A DNA stretch of 64,000 nucleotides from a virus (lineage: Duplodnaviria; Heunggongvirae; Uroviricota; Caudoviricetes), in the IMG/VR virus record IMGVR_UViG_3300014204_000115, positions 51,637 through 115,636 of that record. One strand, written 5' to 3'. Both the position numbers and the translations under genes were made by a program. Positions 45,640 through 55,422 of the stretch are shown piece after piece (position 1 is the stretch's first letter; every line of letters begins with the position of its first letter). The notes beneath the pieces were generated by a model. The model saw only the letters and a list, made by a program, of their open reading frames with translations, was not told the origin of the DNA and did no database searches.

Positions 45640-46476
45640 TTACCAATTATTTATCATTTGATTATTATTAAAAATACTTTTATAAAATTCATCAAACGAC
45701 ATAGAATTAATTTTTTCTTCCGCATCTACAAATTTTATTATTTCTTCTGGATCTCTTTGTCTTGAGTTTTTATTCCTAGTAAGAGTATTACAAATACTAC
45801 CAGCTATTGAACCAGTATGTATACATAATTTATGATCTAATCCTAAAATATAATCTTTTCCTTTTGTTGCTTGTTCTAATTTAACCCAGTAATTCTGATC
45901 ATGTTTTTTATTATGTCCGACTAATTGAGGAATATCTAAATATCCAATTTCTCTTGCAAAATTTGTTCTTACTGACCAAAAACCACTTCCTCCAGCTTTA
46001 CCAGTATTTGCTTTAAAACCACCAATTTTTTCAACTATTTCTTTTTTTGAAATTATTCCACCAGGTAATTGTCCAATAATTTTAATATTATCCATCTTAT
46101 ATTTTTTTACATCACTCCATGCATTACTAAGTATTTGATCAAATTGTGGTGTAACAATTATATCATTATCAAGAAATAAAAGAAAATCATATTTATCTTT
46201 ATTGGGATCTTGTTCATGATTAAATAAAAAATTATTACAAGCTACTGCCTTACTAAAAGCATTAAATGTTGATTCTTTAGTATTTACAGTATATTGAGAA
46301 ATAATTTCTTTCTCATATAATACAGAAAAATACATAAAATGCTCTTGTATCATATAATTTGTTAAATTATCAAAAACGTAAATCTGTGGTTTTATAGTAG
46401 AAAATTTACGAATAGCAGAAATACATTTAGTTGTAATTGATAATCTATTTCTACAAGTTATAAAAATTTTAAACAT
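45640..46476 (-). CDS. GT2-like glycosyltransferase
   Basis: IFITCRNR, YVFDN, LLFLDNDIIV. Confidence 0.75.
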   Translation of the reverse strand: MFKIFITCRNRLSITTKCISAIRKFSTIKPQIYVFDNLTNYMIQEHFMYFSVLYEKEIISQYTVNTKESTFNAFSKAVACNNFLFNHEQDPNKDKYDFLLFLDNDIIVTPQFDQILSNAWSDVKKYKMDNIKIIGQLPGGIISKKEIVEKIGGFKANTGKAGGSGFWSVRTNFAREIGYLDIPQLVGHNKKHDQNYWVKLEQATKGKDYILGLDHKLCIHTGSIAGSICNTLTRNKNSRQRDPEEIIKFVDAEEKINSMSFDEFYKSIFNNNQMINNW

Positions 46477-47764
46477 TTAATAACCTTTCAATTTTTTCTA
46501 CACATAGATCATAATCTAAATTATTATAACATGCAGAATAACCATTAAAAGAATTTTTACAAGGTTGACTTCCATGGATAAAACATGGAGAACAATTCTC
46601 TCTTGTAACATCAATGTAATCATTATTTTTATAAGTAGAAAATCTAACTCTACCAGGAAATGGACCCATAATGGAAAAAGATTTTATAGAAAGAGATTCT
46701 GCTATATGATTTAAAGCTGAATCAGTTGCAATTGTTAATTTAGACATTGATACTATTGAAATTGTATCTGATATAGTATTTGAAAATTTACAAAAATTCT
46801 TAACTTTGTCTTTATTTTCTAATTTTAAAATAAAATTATCAATATCTTTAGAATAATGTGGTGAATCTGTAATTAAAATATTATGACCTTTTGAAGTCAA
46901 AATATTTATTAATTTTTTCCATATTTCTGGATTTGGTGTTCTAATTGGAGATGAAGCTCTCATTTGAATTACAATATAATCTTTCTCATTTATATTTAAT
47001 TCTTCTAAAATTTTTCTATTTTTAATAATAGATTCTTCATTGGGTTTTTGATTTGGGATCAATAGATTATCTTCAAGATTTAATCCCATCCATTTTGTAA
47101 ATAGATTGTATGAACAAATATTTTCTGCTTCTTTACACCGTTCAATAACACCTTCAAATACACATTGATAATCTGAACCTGTTATTAATTCTGAAGCTTC
47201 AAATGGAAGCTCCAAAACTTTATCTACACAATCCCACTCTTTTACCATAGATTGATATTGCGGACCACATGCAAATTTAATTGTACATGAGGGATATTTT
47301 TGTTTTAGATAAATTAAATTTGGTTGGATAAACAGTAGATCACCAATACCACCTTGTCTAAAAACTAATAATGTTTTATCACTTAAATCTTCACCATTGT
47401 ATTGTTTATATAATTTTTTAAATTGTATTGAAGCAGGTTTAAGAATTTCAGTATTTGATCTCATATCGTAATGTAATTGCATGTAGATCCCAGCTCCCAT
47501 TACGTATATATGTTTTCTAATTAATGATTGCTGGGTAAACTTATTTTGACTATATTTTACTTCTTTGAATGTTTTTTTCTGTTTATTTTTTCCATGACTA
47601 ACATTAACACATTCTGCAATTATAATATTTGGCGGATTTTTCTTTAAATCATCCAATGTATTAACCGTCTTAAAATTATCTTCTGGAATACCCAAATAAT
47701 ATAATTCATTTGCTGTTAACTTCTTAGGATAGAAATTTGATTCATTTGGATTATTTATATTCAC
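46469..47764 (-). CDS. GT9 (heptosyltransferase-like) glycosyltransferase
   Basis: VFRQGGIGDLL, YIVIQ.RAS..R, IATDSALNHIAES..SIMGP. Confidence 0.85.
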   Translation of the reverse strand: MNINNPNESNFYPKKLTANELYYLGIPEDNFKTVNTLDDLKKNPPNIIIAECVNVSHGKNKQKKTFKEVKYSQNKFTQQSLIRKHIYVMGAGIYMQLHYDMRSNTEILKPASIQFKKLYKQYNGEDLSDKTLLVFRQGGIGDLLFIQPNLIYLKQKYPSCTIKFACGPQYQSMVKEWDCVDKVLELPFEASELITGSDYQCVFEGVIERCKEAENICSYNLFTKWMGLNLEDNLLIPNQKPNEESIIKNRKILEELNINEKDYIVIQMRASSPIRTPNPEIWKKLINILTSKGHNILITDSPHYSKDIDNFILKLENKDKVKNFCKFSNTISDTISIVSMSKLTIATDSALNHIAESLSIKSFSIMGPFPGRVRFSTYKNNDYIDVTRENCSPCFIHGSQPCKNSFNGYSACYNNLDYDLCVEKIERLLNV

Positions 47765-47795
47765 TTTTTCACAATTCCTTTCTTAGAAAATTTTA

Positions 47796-48008
47796 TTAAA
47801 TTCTATTCTTTTTTCTTTGCCACCCTGACTTAACAGCAGAAAAGAATTTCTTTTTATCTTCAGGACTTAATGAGTTTGGGGAAGAAACTCCATATTTTTT
47901 TAACATCTGTTTAAAATAGTCATGATATTCTGATTCTATTAATATTAAGTCTAAAGACTTATCTACAATAGAATCTAAAAGAATAGATTGTTTTTTAGTT
48001 AATTTCAT
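47796..48008 (-). CDS. small hypothetical phage protein
   Basis: 70 aa; YFKQMLKKYGVSSPNSLSPEDKKKFF. Confidence 0.6.
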   Translation of the reverse strand: MKLTKKQSILLDSIVDKSLDLILIESEYHDYFKQMLKKYGVSSPNSLSPEDKKKFFSAVKSGWQRKKNRI

Positions 48009-48063
48009 TTAATATATCTCCTATTTATTTATTATTTGTTCTAAAATTAAATTATAATCTTTT

Positions 48064-49119
48064 TTATTTTCCAACATCTTGAATTGTTTTCTTTAATAAT
48101 CCTTGAGCAACTGCAGTCAAAGGATTTATTGCTCTTCTTACTTCTGAAATTTCAAAAGGTAATTCATATCTTGATAAAATATTTTTATATAATTCTAGAA
48201 ATCCATTAGGGAGTGATGTACCTCCACTTATAATAATTGGCACAGGATCATCCAATTCTACATCTATTTTTTCATTAAATTCTTTAATTAATCTCTTAAT
48301 TGAATACTCAATCATTGACTCATAGTAATAAGTTAAGGATTCTAAAACTCTTCTAATTTTTTTATTTGATTCATTTTGAAAACCTTTTTCTAAATCTAAA
48401 CTTTTTTCTTTAATAGCTGTAACTCTATTTTTAATCATACTCAATGAATCTGCAACATTTTTATCTATCCAATCACCACTTCTTGAAGTTGAAAATTTAA
48501 AAGCTTCAACTTTCTTATAGGCTAATGCAACATTTACCATTCCTGCACCAAAAGAAATACCAATACCACTATATTTTTCTTTTTCACATTCTGAATAAAT
48601 TATAGCCATTCCTTCGTTTAATGATGAAAAATTTACACCAATTGCAGAAAAAATTCTAGCGAATACTTTCTCATGGTATGTTATAGATTTTCCTTCATCA
48701 ATTGCTTCTGCAGGTATACTATATGTTAAATAAGCATCTTGGTCTTTTATATCACCGATTAAATCTTTAATCATAATTGCTATTACATCAATTGAACTAA
48801 TTTCTTTTGAAGAAATTAAACCTCGTTCCATAGGTCTTTGAACTTCTTTAGAGAAAATATTTGATAATCTAAAAGCATCATTTCCAATAATAAAAATCTT
48901 TCCATCAGATTCAACATAGTTAATATCAGAAAGATCAGAAATATTAATTTCGTCAGGGTTTAATTCTAGAAAAACATTTCTCATAATATTAACATTATTT
49001 AAATCACTTCTTGCAGCCTGAATGGTTCCTGTTCCAACATCAAAACCTATACAAAGTTTTTTAGATTTCTTAATATTTTCAGAATCTTCGATTTCTATAT
49101 TAACAACCTCTTCACTCAT
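48064..49119 (-). CDS. actin-like ATPase (ParM/MreB/FtsA superfamily)
   Basis: phosphate-1 IGFDVGTG, connect-1 LNEG, phosphate-2 ISFGAGMVN, adenosine IIISGGTS, connect-2 AVAQG. Confidence 0.85.
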   Translation of the reverse strand: MSEEVVNIEIEDSENIKKSKKLCIGFDVGTGTIQAARSDLNNVNIMRNVFLELNPDEINISDLSDINYVESDGKIFIIGNDAFRLSNIFSKEVQRPMERGLISSKEISSIDVIAIMIKDLIGDIKDQDAYLTYSIPAEAIDEGKSITYHEKVFARIFSAIGVNFSSLNEGMAIIYSECEKEKYSGIGISFGAGMVNVALAYKKVEAFKFSTSRSGDWIDKNVADSLSMIKNRVTAIKEKSLDLEKGFQNESNKKIRRVLESLTYYYESMIEYSIKRLIKEFNEKIDVELDDPVPIIISGGTSLPNGFLELYKNILSRYELPFEISEVRRAINPLTAVAQGLLKKTIQDVGK

Positions 49120-49130
49120 TTTTAAACTCC

Positions 49131-49583
49131 TTATTTTTTAGATTTTCTAATTACGTTATCTAGATTAATTGATGGTATAAAATCATCCATGTCTTCTTCC
49201 TCATCAATTACTTTTTTATTTATACTAATATTTTGATTATTAGAATCATTATTTGAACTGCTTAGAAATTTTAATAATAATTGTTCTATATTATTAATTG
49301 ATTCTTTTTGATTATTAAGCGCGCTTATAATTTTTCCTTGATCAAAATTATTTTCAATATCATCATTATTTTTCAACGCTTTAATTTTTTCTTTTTCTTT
49401 TTTTATCCTATCTTCATCTACTGTAATAATATCATATTTTTCAATTCCATTGGATTTTAACCAAGAATTAATAAATTTAATATCTAATTTTGTTATATCT
49501 AAAATTCCTGGACTTCTAAATTGAGTTATACCAGGTATATTTAAAAATAATCCAGGATCTTTTATTATTAATTTAATACTCAT
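49131..49583 (-). CDS. hypothetical protein (N-terminal domain resembles 398..997)
   Basis: 150 aa, immediately upstream of the actin-like gene. Confidence 0.6.
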   Translation of the reverse strand: MSIKLIIKDPGLFLNIPGITQFRSPGILDITKLDIKFINSWLKSNGIEKYDIITVDEDRIKKEKEKIKALKNNDDIENNFDQGKIISALNNQKESINNIEQLLLKFLSSSNNDSNNQNISINKKVIDEEEDMDDFIPSINLDNVIRKSKK

Positions 49584-50117
49584 TTATTTCCACCTATTTT
49601 GAGTTTCCTCAATTACTTCCTCAGTTTTAGGATAAACTACAATTTGTTCATCTTTATTTAAAACACGAGAAATTGTTTTTTTCATTTCTGATGGAACAAG
49701 AAGTTCAATTTCTCCAACACTTTGAACCCATTTATAATCTTGGTGTTCTTTTGATAATTTAATTTTTTGATTTGGATTTGTCATTTTACATAAAAAGTTA
49801 AATTGTGTTGATTTTCTAGAACCACCATCAGCTAGATATTCATATTTATCTATGTATTCAATAATATCTATATCTAAACCAGTCTCTTCTTTAACCTCTC
49901 TTTTTAAACATTCTTTTAATTGATTTTCATCCCCTTTATCGCAGCGACCTCTTGGATACTCCCAGACATTAGGCCAGTTATCATCTTCTGATCTCTGTAT
50001 TAATAAAACAGATTTTGACTGTTCATCATTTACTTTAATTATAACTGCTCCTGTAACATTAACTTCTTTTTCAACTTCTGAATCTACTCCCATTAAAAAT
50101 TCTTGATATAATTTCAT
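49584..50117 (-). CDS. Nudix hydrolase
   Basis: WEYPRG..KECLKREVKEETGL, LSKEHQDYKW. Confidence 0.9.
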   Translation of the reverse strand: MKLYQEFLMGVDSEVEKEVNVTGAVIIKVNDEQSKSVLLIQRSEDDNWPNVWEYPRGRCDKGDENQLKECLKREVKEETGLDIDIIEYIDKYEYLADGGSRKSTQFNFLCKMTNPNQKIKLSKEHQDYKWVQSVGEIELLVPSEMKKTISRVLNKDEQIVVYPKTEEVIEETQNRWK

Positions 50118-50126
50118 ATTTATCTC

Positions 50127-51344
50127 CTATTGATATTCATAAATATATATTTCTAAAATATCATTAGTTTGTAAAGATACATATACTTTATCAACTCTAA
50201 TTATTGTACCTCCAGAAACTATTGTATAATGATCTCCATATTTTAGTTCTCCATATTTTCCAACAAATTTTAATAAATTATGATCAGTAACTACTTCTGG
50301 TAAATTAATATCAATAGTGGTAACAGAAGTAGCTTCAGAATCTGTTACTATATGATAATACCTAGTTTTAAATACTCTAGTTTTTCTATTATCAATTGTT
50401 GCTTCATCAGGAAATGTTATTGTTGAATTTGAAGTTGAATCTAAACCATGATCAATATTTGAATCAAATGAATCTATATCAACTGAAATTTCATCTGATT
50501 CAGAATATACTTGATTTGAAGAATAACAGGATCCATATCCAACATTAACTGTTAATTTTTCTGCTAAATAATCACTTTCTAAAATAAGAAAAGTTGGAAT
50601 TTCAATTTCATAAGAAATTGTAAAACCTAATTTCCAATCTGGTAAACCTTCAACACCTCCTAATTTAGAAGATGAATCTGTAATACCTGTTAATTTATAT
50701 CTTGGTAAAATAGTACAAGGATATACTAATTCATTTGTATTTGCTGTTTTTATTAATTTACTATAAGCTTCGTCAATATTTATTGTATATTGTAATCCTG
50801 TTACATCATTATTATAACTGTAATTATAAATTTCTTCTGGTAAAATAATAAAAGAATTAAACCATCTTGGATAAATGAATCTTTCTAGTCCTCCAAAGAT
50901 TAGATTTAAATATACTCTCATATCACAATATTCATAGAATGATGACATAAGACCAATAAAACTAAATTCACCAATCATTCTACCAAAAGCAACAGTTATT
51001 AAAACATTTTTATCTTGATAAATTGGTTGATACATATATTTTACAAGACCTGGAGCTAGATTTGGAAATCTATATAGCATTTTACCATAAGTTTCATCAA
51101 ATCCAAAATCTCCACTTGGATCTAAAATTAATCCTGGTCTCATTGGTTGATCTGTTTCTCTATTATATTTAGCTTGTTTATTTAAATATTCTACAGCTTT
51201 GTCATATGTGGCAACAACTTGCCACTCAAATCTTGGGTAAAGATAATCTCCAAAATATGATAATGTATCTTTAGCAAAACCTGCAAAAACATTATGTATC
51301 CAATAATAGTTATATCTAGTTTCAATTTTATCTGAATCTGCCAT
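50127..51344 (-). CDS. hypothetical protein, possibly virion/tail-associated
   Basis: 405 aa; Lys-poor, S/T/D-rich C-terminus. Confidence 0.55.
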   Translation of the reverse strand: MADSDKIETRYNYYWIHNVFAGFAKDTLSYFGDYLYPRFEWQVVATYDKAVEYLNKQAKYNRETDQPMRPGLILDPSGDFGFDETYGKMLYRFPNLAPGLVKYMYQPIYQDKNVLITVAFGRMIGEFSFIGLMSSFYEYCDMRVYLNLIFGGLERFIYPRWFNSFIILPEEIYNYSYNNDVTGLQYTINIDEAYSKLIKTANTNELVYPCTILPRYKLTGITDSSSKLGGVEGLPDWKLGFTISYEIEIPTFLILESDYLAEKLTVNVGYGSCYSSNQVYSESDEISVDIDSFDSNIDHGLDSTSNSTITFPDEATIDNRKTRVFKTRYYHIVTDSEATSVTTIDINLPEVVTDHNLLKFVGKYGELKYGDHYTIVSGGTIIRVDKVYVSLQTNDILEIYIYEYQ

Positions 51345-51360
51345 TTATGAAATCCTCAAT

Positions 51361-51972
51361 CTACTCTATTACTATGACCTCATTATTAGGTATTTTTTTA
51401 TCAACTTTTAATATTTTACTTTCCTTACTTTCTTTAGAAAATTCTTCAATTAAATCAATAGCTGATGATGTTGAGATTTGAATAGCACTACTTCTTACGA
51501 TTTTCTTTTGTAATTTGGTAACTATATTTTGTCTTTCAGCTATTAAAAAAATAAATTCATCTGTATATGATGATAAAGTAAAACAGTATAAATTTAAGTT
51601 ATCAAAAAAAGTAGAGTTTTCAACTACAATTTTTGACATTGTTAAAGTCTCATTAAATAAAAAATTTACATCTAATGTATAATCTGGTTTTATCTCTTTA
51701 AATTGATTTATAATATCCAAAGATTGACTTCTATAACTATGTAAATTTAAAAAAGTTTCACAGAATATTGAAGATTCTATATTCTTAAACATATTAACTT
51801 TAATTCCATATTTTACATCTTTAGATTTAGATTGAGAAAAATCAGAATCTACGCTAAAAAGTAAAAAAGATGATTTATTATTATAATATAAACCAACATC
51901 ATAAAATCCATCTAAAAATGGTAATCTAATTGTATAATTTCTATTAAATGATCTTCCAAGTTTTAAACTCAC
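51361..51972 (-). CDS. hypothetical protein
   Basis: 203 aa ORF, SD AAGGAG. Confidence 0.65.
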   Translation of the reverse strand: MSLKLGRSFNRNYTIRLPFLDGFYDVGLYYNNKSSFLLFSVDSDFSQSKSKDVKYGIKVNMFKNIESSIFCETFLNLHSYRSQSLDIINQFKEIKPDYTLDVNFLFNETLTMSKIVVENSTFFDNLNLYCFTLSSYTDEFIFLIAERQNIVTKLQKKIVRSSAIQISTSSAIDLIEEFSKESKESKILKVDKKIPNNEVIVIE

Positions 51973-51986
51973 TTTTATCTCCTTTT

Positions 51987-53996
51987 TTATTCAAAACTTA
52001 AATCCCATTCTTCTGTATTTTCTTTATTTGAGCTAGGTGGAAAAGTTCCTCTATATTTTGCAATGATTAACTCTTTTGTTAATAAACAATCTTCTAATTT
52101 TGTTCTAAATGTAGTTAATGGTTCTTTTTTATCAACACTTTCATTCCAAATATATAAAGTTTTAATAATATTTTCACCTAATTCATCTGCATTAAATTGA
52201 TTTACAAAAAAGTTATAATTCTCAAATTTTAAATCTTCAATAAATTTAAAGAATTCATCTCTATAAGTTTCTGGAATTTCATTATTAAAAAATTTAACTG
52301 TTTTTAGAAGATTGCTTATTGGTTCTTTCTTTGTTTCAACCTTTTCTTTAACTATATCTTTTCTATGAAAAATATTTAATACAGTTTCTGATACAGGTAT
52401 ATTTTCAAGAATTTTAGTTAAAGTTTCACTACCTTCAGATACATCAATACCAATTTTTTCATAAACTTCTAATGGAACAAGTTCATTTATAATTTGTTCT
52501 ATACTAAGATTATTATTAGATTTTATTCTTAAAAATCCAGTTTTATACATATCCTCATGTTTACCATTAATATTTATAGATAAAATACCTTTACTAAAAA
52601 CTTTTTCATTTAATTCATTACAAAACTGTTTAATATCATTTAAATTAATTTCATCAAAATCATTACTTTTTAAAATATTTTGATAATGATTAAAGAAACC
52701 TAATTCACTATATTTCTCAAAATTTGTAGCAATATTATTAAATAAAATTTTACTATTAGATATATCAATAAATGAATATACTATTGGATCTAAGAAACTT
52801 CTTAATTTTAAATAAAATAATGAACCATTTTTATTAGCATCTGATTCTCTTGATTCCATTCTACTTCTAAAAATTTTTATAAATCCAGCAATTAATAGAA
52901 GATCACAAGATAAATTAACATTTAATAAATCAACTGGACCTGAACAATTATATTTTAAAATTTGAAATCCGCTTGGAATTGAGGTATTTTTAGTTAAATA
53001 TAAATTTAAATATAAATCATGACTTACCTTTGAAATATATAATAATGATTTTAAATCCTCTTTTGATATATTTGGTAAAAATGAAAAATCATTACTTAAA
53101 TTCATGCTTCTTCTAAAACCTTCAAACATAGTAATCATTGGATCTGGTCTAGTACTTGAAGATATTAACATTGATTCTAAAACTGATAAATCATTAGTTA
53201 AAGTTTTGGTAACTAATAAACTATTAATTTCTAGATTTTTAGGTTTTTCTTCTAGAACAATCTTACTTTCAAGATCTGGAATATTAATATTTTCCATATC
53301 TTTACCTAAAAATTTATCAAAATCATCTATAGTTTCACTTATTGGATTTGGTATTTCATCTATAGTTTCATTATTATCAATTATAGAGTTATTTGTTAAT
53401 AATGGATTATTTACTAAATTAGATGGTAAAATCATAATACCATTTTTAATCATTTTATTTTGCTCTAAAATTTCTGTTAATAAATTTCTAGAAGAAAAGC
53501 TAAAAGAAATATTAACAAAATCACTAATAAAATATTTTAAAATTCCAATAGAAAAAGCAGAAAAAACTGAATATGGAACTATTACTTTTGCAAAATCACT
53601 ATTACTATGTATTACTGAAATTACAACTACTCTATCTCCCATATTTTGAATTGTTACAAATTCAAATTTTAAACTTCTATCATACTGATATTTCTTTAAT
53701 AGAATATTAGATCTCCCTGTTGAATATATTGTTTCTACATTTTGAAGTATTTCCTTAATTGACATAAACAAATCTACTGAATCAATATAGTTTAAACTAC
53801 ACAATCTTCTTAGGTAATTTTCTCCAATAACTGATATATGTAAACTTGGAGCTGAAAATGATTTATAATCAGTTGTATTATTACAAATACTTATTTCTAA
53901 ACTACCTCCTGAATTATAAGTCTTATCTTTATGAAAAATCATATTTTGGTTAAAGTAAACTCTTTCTATATCGTTTTGATTCATCTTTTTACACAT
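51987..53996 (-). CDS. large hypothetical protein
   Basis: 669 aa ORF; no motif recognised. Confidence 0.75.
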   Translation of the reverse strand: MCKKMNQNDIERVYFNQNMIFHKDKTYNSGGSLEISICNNTTDYKSFSAPSLHISVIGENYLRRLCSLNYIDSVDLFMSIKEILQNVETIYSTGRSNILLKKYQYDRSLKFEFVTIQNMGDRVVVISVIHSNSDFAKVIVPYSVFSAFSIGILKYFISDFVNISFSFSSRNLLTEILEQNKMIKNGIMILPSNLVNNPLLTNNSIIDNNETIDEIPNPISETIDDFDKFLGKDMENINIPDLESKIVLEEKPKNLEINSLLVTKTLTNDLSVLESMLISSSTRPDPMITMFEGFRRSMNLSNDFSFLPNISKEDLKSLLYISKVSHDLYLNLYLTKNTSIPSGFQILKYNCSGPVDLLNVNLSCDLLLIAGFIKIFRSRMESRESDANKNGSLFYLKLRSFLDPIVYSFIDISNSKILFNNIATNFEKYSELGFFNHYQNILKSNDFDEINLNDIKQFCNELNEKVFSKGILSININGKHEDMYKTGFLRIKSNNNLSIEQIINELVPLEVYEKIGIDVSEGSETLTKILENIPVSETVLNIFHRKDIVKEKVETKKEPISNLLKTVKFFNNEIPETYRDEFFKFIEDLKFENYNFFVNQFNADELGENIIKTLYIWNESVDKKEPLTTFRTKLEDCLLTKELIIAKYRGTFPPSSNKENTEEWDLSFE

Positions 53997-54582
53997 TCCT
54001 TTCGCATTGTCATCTAAGTTGAATTTTAAACTTATTATTGAATTACTACTATCTAAATGTTTGTTCTAATATTTAAAAATTTTTTCTTTAAAAAATTTAA
54101 ATACAAAGATGAGAAAGTCCTACTGAAAGAGTGCCCGCACCAGGCGTGGTCGATTGAAGTAGAGGACTTTCTCTATTATTTGTTTTTTAGATTTTCTCAT
54201 TTTTAATTAGAACAAATTACTTTAGTACTTTAATTTTTGTTCCTATTAATTTAATTATTATCTTAGATTTTAATCTAGGGAACGGCGTACTGCGCGGGGG
54301 CGCAACGCATTCCTACTTACGTTACATTAAATTATTTTTGATTCTTAGATTTAAATTTTTATTCTAAGTTTCTCCTCCCTCTCAACCAAGAGTTTGTTCT
54401 AATAATAAAAGAAAGTTTCCTAAATTTTTATTTCTAAATTATTTCTAGTTAAAACTTAATTCAATATGAACAAAAAATAAATCAGTTTTTACATAAATTA
54501 CTACATATATTAATATTTAGAAAAAGGAGGATATAAGTCTTTACGTTGTAAAAAAGAAAAACAAGAAAGGGAGGAAAGAGAA
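53997..54582. other. ~590-bp intergenic strand-switch region with two GC-rich stem-loops
   Basis: hairpins at 54111-54173 and 54277-54314; TTAGATTT at 54187, 54263 and 54345; both promoter-like motifs present. Confidence 0.6.
54501..54514 (+). promoter_or_regulatory. class I upstream motif CTACATATATTAAT
   Basis: exact copy; precedes the SLT operon. Confidence 0.75.
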
Positions 54583-55107
54583 ATGATCAAACATTTTATA
54601 TTTCCGAGCATAGCTTGGTTAATAAAATTATTTTTGTTGTTATGTTGTGTATCTTTAATTACAGTACAACATATTGAAACAACAAAAATTTGGATTCCAT
54701 TGAGAGGCCCAGTTGAAGATCAAAAAATAACTATGATAAAAGAAGATCTTAAAAAACTGGGTGCTCCGGAAAGAAATCTAAACTCATATAGCAAGTCGAT
54801 TAAAATAGCATCAGAAGCAAGTAATATAGATGACAGAATTTTAACAACTGTAATTTGTAAAGAGTCAACTTTTAAAATAAATGCAAAATCTAAAAAAGGA
54901 TATAAAGGGTTAATGCAAACAAGAATTGCTTCAATGGAGCATCCAGAGGTTGATATTATGATGGGTGCAAAAGAGTTACAAAAATGGATTCTACATAGAA
55001 AGGGTAATATGGAATATGCATTGGCTTCCTACAATGGTGGAAATAAACCACCAAAAGAATCATGGGATTACGCAAATAAAGTTATAAAAATAGCTCAATC
55101 ATTATAA
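54583..55107 (+). CDS. lytic transglycosylase (SLT) with N-terminal hydrophobic anchor
   Basis: VICKESTF (catalytic Glu), GLMQ, ALASYNGG. Confidence 0.85.
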   Translation: MIKHFIFPSIAWLIKLFLLLCCVSLITVQHIETTKIWIPLRGPVEDQKITMIKEDLKKLGAPERNLNSYSKSIKIASEASNIDDRILTTVICKESTFKINAKSKKGYKGLMQTRIASMEHPEVDIMMGAKELQKWILHRKGNMEYALASYNGGNKPPKESWDYANKVIKIAQSL

Positions 55108-55134
55108 AATAAAATTCAGAAAGGATTAAGAATC

Positions 55135-55422
55135 ATGGAAGAGAAATTTATTATCAACAAAGGGAAATCACTGTGGATTAAATTTCAAAGGGCTAGTACA
55201 TTGTTAATAATTATATTCGCTATTGGTTTTTATTGTGGTCAACTGTATACAAATAAAACCAATAATGATCTAAGAGAGGAAGCTATCAATCTCAAAGCAA
55301 TGAGCTACCTAGATTCAAATTATCAAATCACATATCTTGGTCCAAGATTGAGGTTTGATAATTCGAGACAAAATAAAGTTTCATCTCCTGTTATACCTTC
55401 AGAAACAGGTGAGAAAAAATAA
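55135..55422 (+). CDS. single-pass membrane protein
   Basis: STLLIIIFAIGFYCG; adjacent to SLT. Confidence 0.6.
   Translation: MEEKFIINKGKSLWIKFQRASTLLIIIFAIGFYCGQLYTNKTNNDLREEAINLKAMSYLDSNYQITYLGPRLRFDNSRQNKVSSPVIPSETGEKK

Noticed and set aside
26293-47764. Window is a bacterial LPS/capsule locus rather than phage
   Set aside because: No flippase, polymerase or exporter recognised; it contains a PAAR gene and phage-type motifs and is continuous with T4-like replication genes.
50117-50129. Amber read-through fusing 50127..51344 to the in-frame Nudix gene (TAG GAG ATA AAT ATG)
   Set aside because: TAGGAG is just the stop overlapping the Nudix SD; in-frame spacing is expected one time in three, and the other TAG junctions checked are out of frame.
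54111-54173. RNase P RNA (GAAAGTCC) or ZTP riboswitch (CGCCTGG on - strand)
   Set aside because: GAAAGTCC is one arm of a local inverted repeat, and the remaining conserved elements of both families are missing.
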